Below, piece after piece: positions 44,779-54,579 of a DNA stretch of 64,000 nt. The notes beneath the pieces are model-generated. The model was given only the letters and a program-made list of their open reading frames with translations, had not been told where the DNA came from and ran no database searches. Each line of letters opens with the position of its first letter. Positions within the stretch are counted from its first letter, which is position 1. The stretch comes from an uncultured virus (IMG/VR IMGVR_UViG_3300009499_000096) (taxonomy: Duplodnaviria > Heunggongvirae > Uroviricota > Caudoviricetes): the IMG/VR virus record IMGVR_UViG_3300009499_000096. One strand, given 5' to 3'. The position numbers were made by a program, and so were the translations under genes.

Positions 44779-45845
44779 ATCTTAAACCTCTCCAGCTTGC
44801 AATGATCTATCTTGTAATCATCGTGTTTGGTTACATGGTGATGCTGACTGTTCAAACTCCTTACCCTAATGGAAGAGACTCAATGTTCCACATTCTAGTG
44901 GCTAGAGCATGGCATAAGGGAATGAATGGTATGATCAGCCCAGTGGTTATGGACATCAACAAGCTTCCTTATCCACCAATGTATCATATTCTACTTGCTC
45001 CCTTCACCTACTCACAGGAATCAGCGATCATAGCTCAGAAAGCTCTCCAATGCCTCTTCTACCCAATTGGATTACTGTTGAATATGCTTCTTGCTAGGAA
45101 ATACAAAGGAGATAAAATAGCTATTCTCTATGGGTTACTGCTGACAGGAACTTACTATGCTTTCGGGATGATGCAAGCTAGACCTCAAAGCCTAGAAGTG
45201 CTACTGTTCCCTGTAGCTGTCTGGGCTCTCTTAGAGAAGAAGAAGCTGTTTTTCTTCATCTCAGTGGCTTCTATGTTCTACTTGCATAGTCCACTGAGTC
45301 TAGCTTTGTCGGCTGGTTTATTCATTTACGGTATCGCAAGGGATAAGAAAGACCTTGGTATCTGGCTCACATTGCTCTTTGTAGCTCCCATGGTATTGTA
45401 TCAAGGAAGCTTCATGCTGAACCAGTCTTTCCTAGACAGATGGGTTACGTCAGGAGACTTAGGAATCTACACTGAAACCATGGACTTCATAGCAGATCCA
45501 GCTTATTGGTTAATCAATGGACTAGGAATGTCAGTTGTCGGATTCTTTGCGATCCCAGTTAGGCTCATCTGGTGGAGAAACCAATCAGAACTGGATAAGC
45601 TCATGGTCTATAGTTTCCTAGGATTCTTAATTGCCACTCCTATTTGGTATATGAGAGTGTTCCACTTTGCCATTATGCCCTTAGCTTTCTTCACAGCAGT
45701 TTTCATCAATAACTCCATCAAAAATTCTAAGAGCAAATACTTGACAGTTCTCCTAGTCGGTTTACTGCTTGTGCAAGTTGTCTGGTTCATGATTAACCCA
45801 GTGTTCTGGATGAGTCCACCACCATACATGGAGCAATACTGGTAA
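44775..45845 (+). CDS. Polytopic membrane protein, GT-C-like glycosyltransferase
   Basis: First loop GRDSMFH..YPPMYH, about 10 TM helices, RPQSL. Confidence 0.65.
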   Translation: MNLKPLQLAMIYLVIIVFGYMVMLTVQTPYPNGRDSMFHILVARAWHKGMNGMISPVVMDINKLPYPPMYHILLAPFTYSQESAIIAQKALQCLFYPIGLLLNMLLARKYKGDKIAILYGLLLTGTYYAFGMMQARPQSLEVLLFPVAVWALLEKKKLFFFISVASMFYLHSPLSLALSAGLFIYGIARDKKDLGIWLTLLFVAPMVLYQGSFMLNQSFLDRWVTSGDLGIYTETMDFIADPAYWLINGLGMSVVGFFAIPVRLIWWRNQSELDKLMVYSFLGFLIATPIWYMRVFHFAIMPLAFFTAVFINNSIKNSKSKYLTVLLVGLLLVQVVWFMINPVFWMSPPPYMEQYW

Positions 45846-46000
45846 TGAAACTGATTACTCTACATCTTCCTGAGCCAATGATTAAGAGTATAGATAAATT
45901 AGTTCCAAAATTCTACCCAAACAGAGCTGAAGCTATCAGAAATGCTTGTAAAGACCTATTAAATCTCCATGAACAACACCTGAAAGGAAGCCTAGAATGA
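45845..46000 (+). CDS. Ribbon-helix-helix (CopG-like) regulator
   Basis: MKLITLHLPEPMIKSIDKLVPKFYPNRAEAIRNACKDLL..; 51 aa, translated by hand. Confidence 0.8.
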   Translation: MKLITLHLPEPMIKSIDKLVPKFYPNRAEAIRNACKDLLNLHEQHLKGSLE

Positions 46001-46659
46001 ACGTCTCCATTATTATCCCAGCATTTAATGAAGAGGAAAGATTACCCAAACTGCTCTTTTGGCTTTGTCCTGTTGCTGAAGTGTCTGGCTATGAGGTTCT
46101 TGTAGCTTGTGATGGTAGCACAGATCATACAAGAGAGATTGCTAAAGCATGGAGAACTAAGCCTATTGGATCCACTGAACGACTGGGGAAAGGTGGTGGA
46201 ATTATTAAAGCTGCTAAAGAAGCTCAGGGAGAAACAATTATGACTATGGATGTGGATTTCCCTCATCCTCTGCTCATAAGCTACTACTATGGATACTTCA
46301 TAGGCTGTGGAGCTGATTTTCTCATCGGAAAAAGAAGTGCTAATGAATCTTTTACTAGACGTTTAGCTTCTTGGCTATTCAAAGAATATACTGAAGCCTT
46401 GTTCGGTTCTCTTCCCGATACCCAGAGTGGTTTTAAGATTATTAATCGTGAGCTCTTTCTCAAAGTTGCTGATGATATTACTATCAAAGGTTATGCTTGG
46501 GATGTGGAACTGTGTTTGAGGCTGAAGGAGCTGGGTTTGAAAATAGAGGAGATGCCTTTTGATTCCAAGTCTGGAAGTAAGGTTCATGTTCTTGAGGATG
46601 GAATCAAGATGGGTTCCAATTTGTTGAAGTTATGGTATAGGAGACGACACCAAAAATGA
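45997..46659 (+). CDS. GT2 polyprenol-phosphate glycosyltransferase (DPM1/GtrB-like)
   Basis: SIIIPAFNEE, DGSTD, GKGGG, MDVD, DTQSGFK, WDVEL. Confidence 0.9.
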   Translation: MNVSIIIPAFNEEERLPKLLFWLCPVAEVSGYEVLVACDGSTDHTREIAKAWRTKPIGSTERLGKGGGIIKAAKEAQGETIMTMDVDFPHPLLISYYYGYFIGCGADFLIGKRSANESFTRRLASWLFKEYTEALFGSLPDTQSGFKIINRELFLKVADDITIKGYAWDVELCLRLKELGLKIEEMPFDSKSGSKVHVLEDGIKMGSNLLKLWYRRRHQK

Positions 46660-47496
46660 TAGAGGTTCTACTTTATCTCAGTTTTGGAATAGTAGTTGGT
46701 TTTATTATTGCAGTTGTTCTCCTTATTTATATTGCAACAAAGAAACCAAGCAAAAAACTCAAGGAATTTGAAAGTTCATGTGATAAAATTACAGCAGCCT
46801 TCAAGGAGTTGAAGAAAGAGGATAAGTGGATGGAGACACGTTATGAGGTAGTTCGTCAAACTGCAATGCTTTCACAACAGTTCCCGACATTTAAGAATCT
46901 CTTGAAGGCTTATAGTGAGTTTTTTGATTATTATGGACAAAAAGCTTTCTTTGTTGGTAAAGAGATGCGTTTGTTTCAGCTCTATTTAATTGAATTACAA
47001 AAAACAATGGCATTTATGCTGGGCTTGTTGATAGAAAAATGAGAAAGGTAAAAAGTCGTGAAATTACCGTTAATATAAGAACGGATATTGCAAAGGAAAC
47101 TGTGGAATTTCTTATGAATCGTAAGTCATTCTTCCTGTTCAAACCTCATCTGTCACATGAAGATGTTTGTCATAATGAAGGCTCAAAACATTGTTTAGAA
47201 TGTGAAGAACCTGAATGTGATTCTGCTAAAGGGTTGTTTAAAAAATGACTAAGATATTCTATGATGGAAAAGAACTCTCAAAAAGAGAAAAGGGGATTGC
47301 CCTTTGTGGTCTTGGGATCGGGTTAGGGCTTGGTATAATCCTTTTGTTTGTTATTGATACTTTGCTGAAAATGAGTGCTTAAAATGACTGCTCCATGCAA
47401 TCACTGTTTTGAAAGAGGTAACGAATACCACTATCCAGAATGTAAAAGAATCTGTGCAGACTTCAAAAAATACTGCAAAGACAAGGTGATTAAAAA

Positions 47497-47577
47497 ATGA
47501 AGAGGATTGAACTTTTAGCATTGTTTCTATGGATTACTTTAGCTCTTTTAATAATCCGTTTTGTTTGGAGTGCTTAA
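47497..47577 (+). CDS. 26-aa TM micropeptide, copy 1
   Basis: MKRIELLALFLWITLALLIIRFVWSA*; near-identical copy at 49225. Confidence 0.65.
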   Translation: MKRIELLALFLWITLALLIIRFVWSA

Positions 47578-48551
47578 AAAATGAGATTGCCACATTGTTA
47601 TCTTTGTCACAAAGAAGGGGATTGCAGTAAGGGAACTATGAAAAGTTTTGAAGTTGAAGAAGGAATCTCAGTGTATTTATGCTCTGACCATTTTAATTCT
47701 ACACAAGAAGCTATCGAATTATATTATGCACAAAAAAAGGGTTGAAAAATGATTGAAGAGGAGATTTGTAACTACACTGGTGAAGTCTGTCATGGAGAGT
47801 CTGATTTCTGTGAAGAATGTGATGTGGTCTTAGATGAGTAAACCAACTAGGCAACCTGATATTGGCTTCTGGTTTGATGGAAAAGGATTCTATTATGTCA
47901 GGGTTCAGAAAAGTGTGGAGCACGATGATTTATGTGTGGCTCTAGTTGATTTGTTGGCTAAGGCTATTGAATCAACAAAGAATATTAACATTGGAGAGGA
48001 TGGTCACAAGAAACCATGAGTAAATGTAATTGCTACGTAACAGGAAATACTAGGGAGAGAAAAGAGTTCTTCAAAGCTGTATGCACGAATGGACAAATCC
48101 CAGTTATATGCCCTATTCCTCTTGGGAGATTCAATCATAAGGATCTCAAGGAGCCTCAAGCCTTCACGAAAGTTGCTTTAGATCGTCTGAGTGCTGATGA
48201 GACAGAACGATTAGTGAAGGTGATGATGAAGAAGTTTTCTTTACCCAAAGTTATTGTTGAACATGATTTGGAGACTAAGGGTTGCCCAATTCGGCTGGAT
48301 TTATCTGTGAATACAGTCTGGTGTTCTCTTCACTCAAGGATGGTGATGATGTGACTGAGGAATTTTACTGTGCTATGGCTGTTAAATGGTGTAACAGGAA
48401 GGTATGTGATTTTGATCCATTAACAGGTGAGGGTTGTGAGGATTGAAAATGACTTTTGAAGAATTTTATTATTGGGCTAACACTTTCGGTGATGGCTGGA
48501 CTATGCTAAGATGGAATTTGTATATGAGTGAAAATCTATGAGGTTTGAAAA

Positions 48552-48890
48552 ATGACTAAGACTTTGGTTTTTCGGATTCGGAAAAGATACTTTGATGATA
48601 TTGTGGCTGGTAAGAAGAAGGTGGAGTATCGTAGGAACTCTCCTTACTGGAGAGCCAGATTGTTTGGTGGTAATACTCCTTTGAATCATGTAAGGGGAAG
48701 GCATCTGTTTTTTGAGAAAACTGGTGATTTCTTTGAAGGCTTACTTCTCTGTGGTAAACGCAAGCATAGTTTAAAGATTTGGGCTGTGGAAAAGCTTGCG
48801 ACTCCCAATTACTTCAGTGACCAAGGAAAGAAGGATGTGGATACTCCTACTTGCTTTGGGTTCCATCTTGGAGACGTGATTTTAATATGA
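48552..48890 (+). CDS. ASCH/PUA-like domain protein
   Basis: YFDDIVAGKKKVEYR..YWRARL. Confidence 0.8.
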   Translation: MTKTLVFRIRKRYFDDIVAGKKKVEYRRNSPYWRARLFGGNTPLNHVRGRHLFFEKTGDFFEGLLLCGKRKHSLKIWAVEKLATPNYFSDQGKKDVDTPTCFGFHLGDVILI

Positions 48891-49224
48891 ATCCTCTGAT
48901 GTTTGACTTGGGTTTATGCTTGATGATGTTCGGATTGTTGTGTCTCTTTATGGCTGTTATGTGGCAATGGAAGAAGAAGAGGAGAATCAATCAAAAATGA
49001 GTGAGAAGAATAGGCTGTTGTTGAAAGAATGTGCTGAGATATTGAAGGATCCTAAAGTGTTTGAATGGTATTCTCTGAACATGGTGAATAAGAATCAAGG
49101 AGATACTGTTAATCACCTTCTTCAAGGAGTAGAGGAAGGTCACTTGACTGTTAGACAAGCATTGTTGATAGCTCTCTTAGTTGGTTTTCAATGGTCTGTG
49201 GATTTTGAAAAGGATGCTTAAAAA

Positions 49225-49305
49225 ATGAAACCTGTCAAACTTTTAGCATTACTTCTATGGATTACTTTAGCTCTTTTGATAATTCGTTTTGTTTGGAGTG
49301 CTTAA
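49225..49305 (+). CDS. 26-aa TM micropeptide, copy 2
   Basis: MKPVKLLALLLWITLALLIIRFVWSA*. Confidence 0.65.
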   Translation: MKPVKLLALLLWITLALLIIRFVWSA

Positions 49306-50060
49306 AAAATGAATGGTGGAGTAATTTCATTCGGATTGTTTTTCTTTGGCATCTTTAGCTTTGGCTTTTGTTGTGGTGTTATTGTGGCTCTTTTATTTAG
49401 AGCTTTGGGAGTAATATGAACGTAGAAGTGTTTAAAAAATGACTATTCTTAATCATCAGCAAGCTAAGGACTGGATGAAGAAATGGAAAGAGGATCATCC
49501 TGAAGAGGCTGAGAAGTTTGATCGTGAAGTAGAGGTTATGATGAAGGATCCTGAGCTGCTGAAGAAATGGCTGGAGAAGAAAGGTTTTCATTTTCCTGAA
49601 GAGGTTGCTTGCCAGTATTCTAATAAGTTGGTGGAGAATGAAGAAAAGCTGTTCAAGGCTGGGAGACGCTGTGTGATTACCCAGAGAATGTGTTGGAACT
49701 GGAGTAAACCAGAAGCTGTGTTAGATTGTCAGGTGAGGAAGGAGCTTGGAGCAAAACAAGAATCAGAGTGAAAGGTCACTATCGAACTGTGACAAGGGAT
49801 TCCAGAGGGAGATTTGTTAAAGTTGAAAAATGGAGCAGCAAGCAACCAGAAGAATAATGTTAATGATAATGTTAAGAGTAATCTTGAGAATAACATTGAT
49901 GATAAGAGTAAGCCTAACATTTTTCAAGTATGCAAAGAGCTGAAAATCAGTCCAATGGAGCTTTTAGACTTCCCATTACCATGGGCTTCAGACTCTATGA
50001 AGATAACACTTATTTTGACATGGAGAGCTATTGAAGAAGCAAGGAGACGACACCATAAAG

Positions 50061-50552
50061 ATGGTAAAAGGTTTCAACCTCAGTGACTTAGCTCCACTAG
50101 CTATAGCTGCTGTGATGCTTCCAGTTATGGCTCTAATCTCAGTTTCTTTGATTGGAGCTTTCTTGTCTGGTGAAGCAATGAACCGAATAGATAACACTAA
50201 CACTATTGGGAATACAGCCGATATGCAGAGCTTTGGTTCCTCAGTTTTCTGGGATAGCAACCGACAAACTGAAGTTACAGGTATTGATTGGGGAATCCTT
50301 ACTCCTGATTCAAGGAATCCTATTACAACTTACATTCGCAATGATGGGAACCAGCCTATCCAATTGGATATGACTACTTATAATTGGAAGCCAGCTAATG
50401 CCTCATACTACATTATTCTTTCATGGAACTACAGTGACGCTGTTCTCTATCCTCTTCAAATTATCCCAGTGTCATGGGAGCTTTACGTGAGCCCTTCTAT
50501 CCAAGGTATTGAAAACTTCACTTTCGATATTAGTGTTGGCGTTAGGGCTTGA
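50061..50552 (+). CDS. Membrane-anchored/secreted Ig-like beta-sandwich protein
   Basis: N-terminal TM; IDWG.L.P..YIRNDGN..LSWNY..FTFDI pattern, recalled as an expanded family in Bathyarchaeia. Confidence 0.6.
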   Translation: MVKGFNLSDLAPLAIAAVMLPVMALISVSLIGAFLSGEAMNRIDNTNTIGNTADMQSFGSSVFWDSNRQTEVTGIDWGILTPDSRNPITTYIRNDGNQPIQLDMTTYNWKPANASYYIILSWNYSDAVLYPLQIIPVSWELYVSPSIQGIENFTFDISVGVRA

Positions 50553-50916
50553 AGGAACTGGTTTATGTTGTCGTCTTAAGTGCCATAGGAATCTTTCTAT
50601 TCTACCACAGCCAAGACCTTGGGGAATCACTGACTGTTTGGAACCCTTTTAAAACAATCCAGTATATTGCAGAGAAATGGTTTGGGCTTCTACTCATCTC
50701 ATCTGCTTTCGGATATTCCTACAGTAAAGTGCCCTGTAACCCTAAGCCATTGGATCAACAGGACTGGGCTATTCTCATCTTTATCTTGTTGATGGCTCCT
50801 TTGTTTGAAGTGTTGGCTGTGGATATTTGGCTCTATGTTCTCATCATCGTGCTTCCATCAGTTTGTGTTGTCGGCTATCGCAAAAGTTAAACATTTATCA
50901 ACTAGATTAGGGGAGC

Positions 50917-51699
50917 ATGATTAGCTTGGTGATGCCCTGTCATGATGAGGAGCATCTTCTTCCATACGTTTTACCTTCAATTCAAGCTAGTCCAATAGAT
51001 GAATTAGTTGTCGTCTTAGATAGATGCACAGACCACTCAGAGCAGATTCTTGATAGATGCAGTTTTCCCTTTAAAGTCAGGAAGGTGGTGAAGAAGAATC
51101 AGAGCTGGAGTTGTCCAACTGCTGAAGTGTTTGAGTTAGGCTTCCAAGAGGCAAGGGGAGACTTGTTGTTCACTACTGCTGCTGATATGGTTTTGGATCC
51201 ACACCAGTTCAAAGCCAGCTTCTTTAACGATGCTGATTTCATGAGCTTCTTCTACTACAACATGGATGTTGGCTCCTACAGTGGCTTCCGACATATTCGA
51301 CAATGGTATGAGAATTTTCTTACAAGGTTCCAAGTGTCACGTTTTCTGAAGGGAGCCTTGGGAAAGCAAACTGGTCACATGGCTTTAACTAAGGAGTGCT
51401 GGGAGAAGCTTCATGTGAAGGATACTCCAAGTGAATTTGATGATTTCAAAGAACGTGCTTTAGATGCTGGGTTCAAATACAGATGGCATGGTGAGACTAG
51501 GAACTTTCACTTGAGAGCTGGGCTTTCAAGGAATAGGCAACTTTTACAGGGCATCAGTCGATCTCAGAGAAAAGTGAATCCATTGATGGTTCTTGGTCAC
51601 AGTGTCTTACATTTCAAACCTTCTGTTTTCCTTGGTTACTTGCAAGAAAAGAAACATCATGTTTTCAGTCAGAGGCAATGGTCTAAAGAAAAAAACTAA
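50917..51699 (+). CDS. GT2 family glycosyltransferase
   Basis: ISLVMPCHDEE, VVVLDRCTD, AADMVL. Confidence 0.8.
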   Translation: MISLVMPCHDEEHLLPYVLPSIQASPIDELVVVLDRCTDHSEQILDRCSFPFKVRKVVKKNQSWSCPTAEVFELGFQEARGDLLFTTAADMVLDPHQFKASFFNDADFMSFFYYNMDVGSYSGFRHIRQWYENFLTRFQVSRFLKGALGKQTGHMALTKECWEKLHVKDTPSEFDDFKERALDAGFKYRWHGETRNFHLRAGLSRNRQLLQGISRSQRKVNPLMVLGHSVLHFKPSVFLGYLQEKKHHVFSQRQWSKEKN

Positions 51700-52394
51700 A
51701 CTAATCCCTTCTTCATTAGTTTTGGGAAATACCTTCTCCAAGCCAGATGCAAATATGTGTCAAGTTGCCCAGAGCCCATTCCCATACCACCAAACGTAGT
51801 TCTAAAAGTCCAGCCTGAATAAGCTGTAATATCAAAGGGATCAAACCCATAGTGAGAAACCAGATGAGTAATTCTAAAATGCCTCAAAGAGTGGCTGTGG
51901 ATCTTAGGATCCAGCTCTCTCAAGTTCTCCCTTACAATATGATTAATCCAGTGTCTAGTCAAGTTGAAGCTGAGGCATCCATACTTCTTAATATGTTTCA
52001 GCAAATCCATTGTCCATGGCTCAAACTGCTGGCTACAGGGTAATGCAATTATTTTATGAACCATTTTCTGCTTCTGTTTTTCACTGAGCTCTTTTCCCAG
52101 ATGCCCTTTGATTCTCAAACTTCTCTTAGCAACAGCCATTGTCAGCAACAGAGCCTTCTCTTTCACTTTTCCTTCCAGATAATCCTGAAGAACCCAGTTC
52201 ATATATTTCCCATAACCCTTACTCCTGTTATTTTTCAGCTCAGAAGGAATTGCTTTAGTCACAACCTCAGAAACTCTTGCAGCAGTTAGATACATCACCT
52301 TGCAAATCATACTGGCTCTATAACCTGTGATCCCATCAACTGCTTCTCTGAACTTTCTTAAATTCGGAACCATTGACAATGCAAAGAACCTCAA
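51696..52394 (-). CDS. Tyrosine recombinase (catalytic domain only)
   Basis: Catalytic R (AARVSE), HSLRH, SGW and Y (DTYLH); no obvious N-terminal binding domain. Confidence 0.85.
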   Translation of the reverse strand: MRFFALSMVPNLRKFREAVDGITGYRASMICKVMYLTAARVSEVVTKAIPSELKNNRSKGYGKYMNWVLQDYLEGKVKEKALLLTMAVAKRSLRIKGHLGKELSEKQKQKMVHKIIALPCSQQFEPWTMDLLKHIKKYGCLSFNLTRHWINHIVRENLRELDPKIHSHSLRHFRITHLVSHYGFDPFDITAYSGWTFRTTFGGMGMGSGQLDTYLHLAWRRYFPKLMKKGLV

Positions 52395-52607
52395 TGGGAG
52401 AGTAGGTGAAGGTATCGGGAGTTCTAGTGAGTGTCCATACCCATTCAGAACATGACACCATCACCTGTCTCCAAGTCCATATATGCGATGAACATAGTAT
52501 ATTAAATTAACACATTAGCTGAAGTGTTAATGTTGATGGACATGAACAAGACGACAACACAAAGATAAGGTTAATTTGTCAGCACTACCTATAGACTCAA
52601 TAATACG

Positions 52608-53444
52608 ATGGAGATAACCATGAGAGGCAAGAAGAGTAAGGTGGTTCGTAAATATAACAAATTAGCGTGGAGAATCAATGATGAATACCTCTTTGATGGT
52701 TTCGCTGGGATAGTTGTAGAGGGTAGGCAAAGGGTAGGGAAGAGCAGTTATGTTAGTCAAGCTCTTGCCTCTGCTTTCGGGGAATGGGAATACAAACCTG
52801 AGATTAGATGTGTGCAACCTAACTTTGAAGCAGTAAAACCTTGGATGGTGTTTCCACCTAAAGAGTTCCTTGAGCTAGTGTTGAATCAGACTAAGAAGGA
52901 GAAGGCTGTGATATGGGATGATGCTGGCTTCTGGTTGTTCGCATTGGACTGGTATGAGCCCTTTGTTAAAAGCGTGTCACGATACATTCAGCTTGCTGGT
53001 AGGCAATTTGCTTTCCTCATCTTAACTACTCCTAATAAGAATTTGATCTCCAGCAAAGTTTTAGCTGCTCTTCCCTCAATGTATGTCTGCAAAGTAGTTC
53101 GGAACAGGGCTTATGGGAGAGACAGCTACAAGTTCAGACCTAGAATAGCTAAGGTTTATGAGAAATGGGATTACCCAGATGGTAAGAAAGGTGGAGTTAA
53201 AACCAGATGGAAAGACAACTTCAACTGTATTCTTGACGATAGTTTCTATGAATGGTATAAGCCTAAGTCTGAGCACTACATGGATATTGGCTTGGAGATT
53301 CTGAGAAGAGAAGTGAACAAGATTACTAAGAAGATGGATCGTAAAGATGAAGAGGAGAAAATGGAGAAAGTGTTTCAAGTCACTGGGAATCCAGAGAAAC
53401 TTAATGAGCTGGATGAAGTTATTAAAAACTTGGAAACTGTGTGA
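52608..53444 (+). CDS. P-loop ATPase (Zot/viral morphogenesis-like)
   Basis: Walker A GRQRVGKS, Walker B VIWDDAG, LILTTP. Confidence 0.8.
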   Translation: MEITMRGKKSKVVRKYNKLAWRINDEYLFDGFAGIVVEGRQRVGKSSYVSQALASAFGEWEYKPEIRCVQPNFEAVKPWMVFPPKEFLELVLNQTKKEKAVIWDDAGFWLFALDWYEPFVKSVSRYIQLAGRQFAFLILTTPNKNLISSKVLAALPSMYVCKVVRNRAYGRDSYKFRPRIAKVYEKWDYPDGKKGGVKTRWKDNFNCILDDSFYEWYKPKSEHYMDIGLEILRREVNKITKKMDRKDEEEKMEKVFQVTGNPEKLNELDEVIKNLETV

Positions 53445-53552
53445 TTGCCTAAGAGAATCTTGATCAAGGAATACAAGAGAAAGAAGAAAGGTGGAAAACG
53501 TAAAACCAGAATAGTTCGGGAGCATAGAAGAAGGAGACCAAGATCAAGATAA
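53445..53552 (+). CDS. 35-aa very basic peptide
   Basis: TTG start directly after the ATPase stop; MPKRILIKEYKRKKKGGKRKTRIVREHRRRRPRSR*. Confidence 0.55.
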   Translation: MPKRILIKEYKRKKKGGKRKTRIVREHRRRRPRSR

Positions 53553-53671
53553 TGGTTCATACGGTTTGATTTCACAGTAATCCTTCATGAAAACATCACT
53601 TTCTACCAGATTTACCCTACCCTAACCTGTAACTTTTTCAAGTTTTTCCTATAAGGCTCTGCTCTGACCAA

Positions 53672-54485
53672 CTACGTTTTTCCTTGAAGCTTATCTCTAG
53701 CTTTCATGTGTTCTTGCCAGCCAGCAGCGAACCCTTCATCAGCAAAATCTACAGCTTCCATGTAGCCTCTTTCCTGAAGAGTAGTGCTGAGATCAGTTAT
53801 GAGCTTGTGTAATTTCAGTTCTGAATAAGCCCTCAAGATTTTCTGTTTATAACGTCTCCTTTGAAAAGCATCTGGAATATCTGCAATCTGCTTCATTCCA
53901 CCTGAAGTAATCATGTTAAGGCTGTGCAATATCTCATCTGCTGTCTTTGTGAAATCCTCTTTGATGCCTTTAGGTAAATATGCGATCAATGTGGCTGCAA
54001 GCTTCAAAGCTATTTCACTATTGCCGTCTGTCTGAGCTTTCCTGATTAAGCCTATGTTAGACCATAGAAACGCAAGGTAGTTGAAACTAACTCCCTTTAC
54101 TTTCCTGACTTCAGACAACTATGATTCCATCTTCCAAACCCTTAAGTTCATTTAACATAGCTGTTTTACTCTGGTCTGGCTCTAACAGGAGACCTTTATG
54201 CCAGTCAGCACTTAGATTAAAAAACTCTTGATCCACCTGTTTCTCAGGGTTCACCAGTTTAGCTACAATGGTGTGGTCTTGGTGTTCAATCCAGTGTCGT
54301 GCTGTTGCAATATACCATTTCTGGGTTCTTGGGTTCCAACTGGATTTTTTTGATCCAAATAGTAGCTGGTTCATGACTTCTAATGGCTGGTTGAAAAACT
54401 CCAGATTACAGGTTTCGCATTGAACTATGTAGTCTGTTTTCTGATGCCACTTTGCAAGTTCCTGTTTAGTTGGAAGGAAACTCAC
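53672..54485 (-). CDS. Two coupled hypothetical ORFs (54111-54485, 53672-54118)
   Basis: Overlapping minus-strand ORFs with no competing + strand ORF. Confidence 0.65.
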
Positions 54486-54523
54486 GTAACCAAGACCACA
54501 CTTTAGTAAATTCCATGGAAAGT

Positions 54524-54558
54524 GTTATAAAGTTTGTTGCTGTTAGAATTTTCTAACA
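54524..54558. promoter_or_regulatory. Divergent promoter: TATA-like box plus perfect palindrome
   Basis: GTTATAAA at 54524-54531; TGTTAGAA-tt-TTCTAACA at 54541-54558. Confidence 0.6.
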
Positions 54559-54579
54559 AGTTATTTTGGTTGAATTGGT

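Larger units (their letters stand above)
16448..50890 (+). other. Region of about 100 short, translationally coupled hypothetical ORFs, many with CxxC Zn-binding motifs or TM helices
   Basis: Continuous + strand chain with ATGA/TAATG overlaps; e.g. CxxC or C2H2 ORFs at 17135, 21501, 27350, 32508, 32744, 35979, 43334. Confidence 0.8.

Noticed and set aside
47497..49305. Diversity-generating retroelement template/variable repeat pair
   Set aside because: No reverse transcriptase recognised and the mismatches are not adenine-specific
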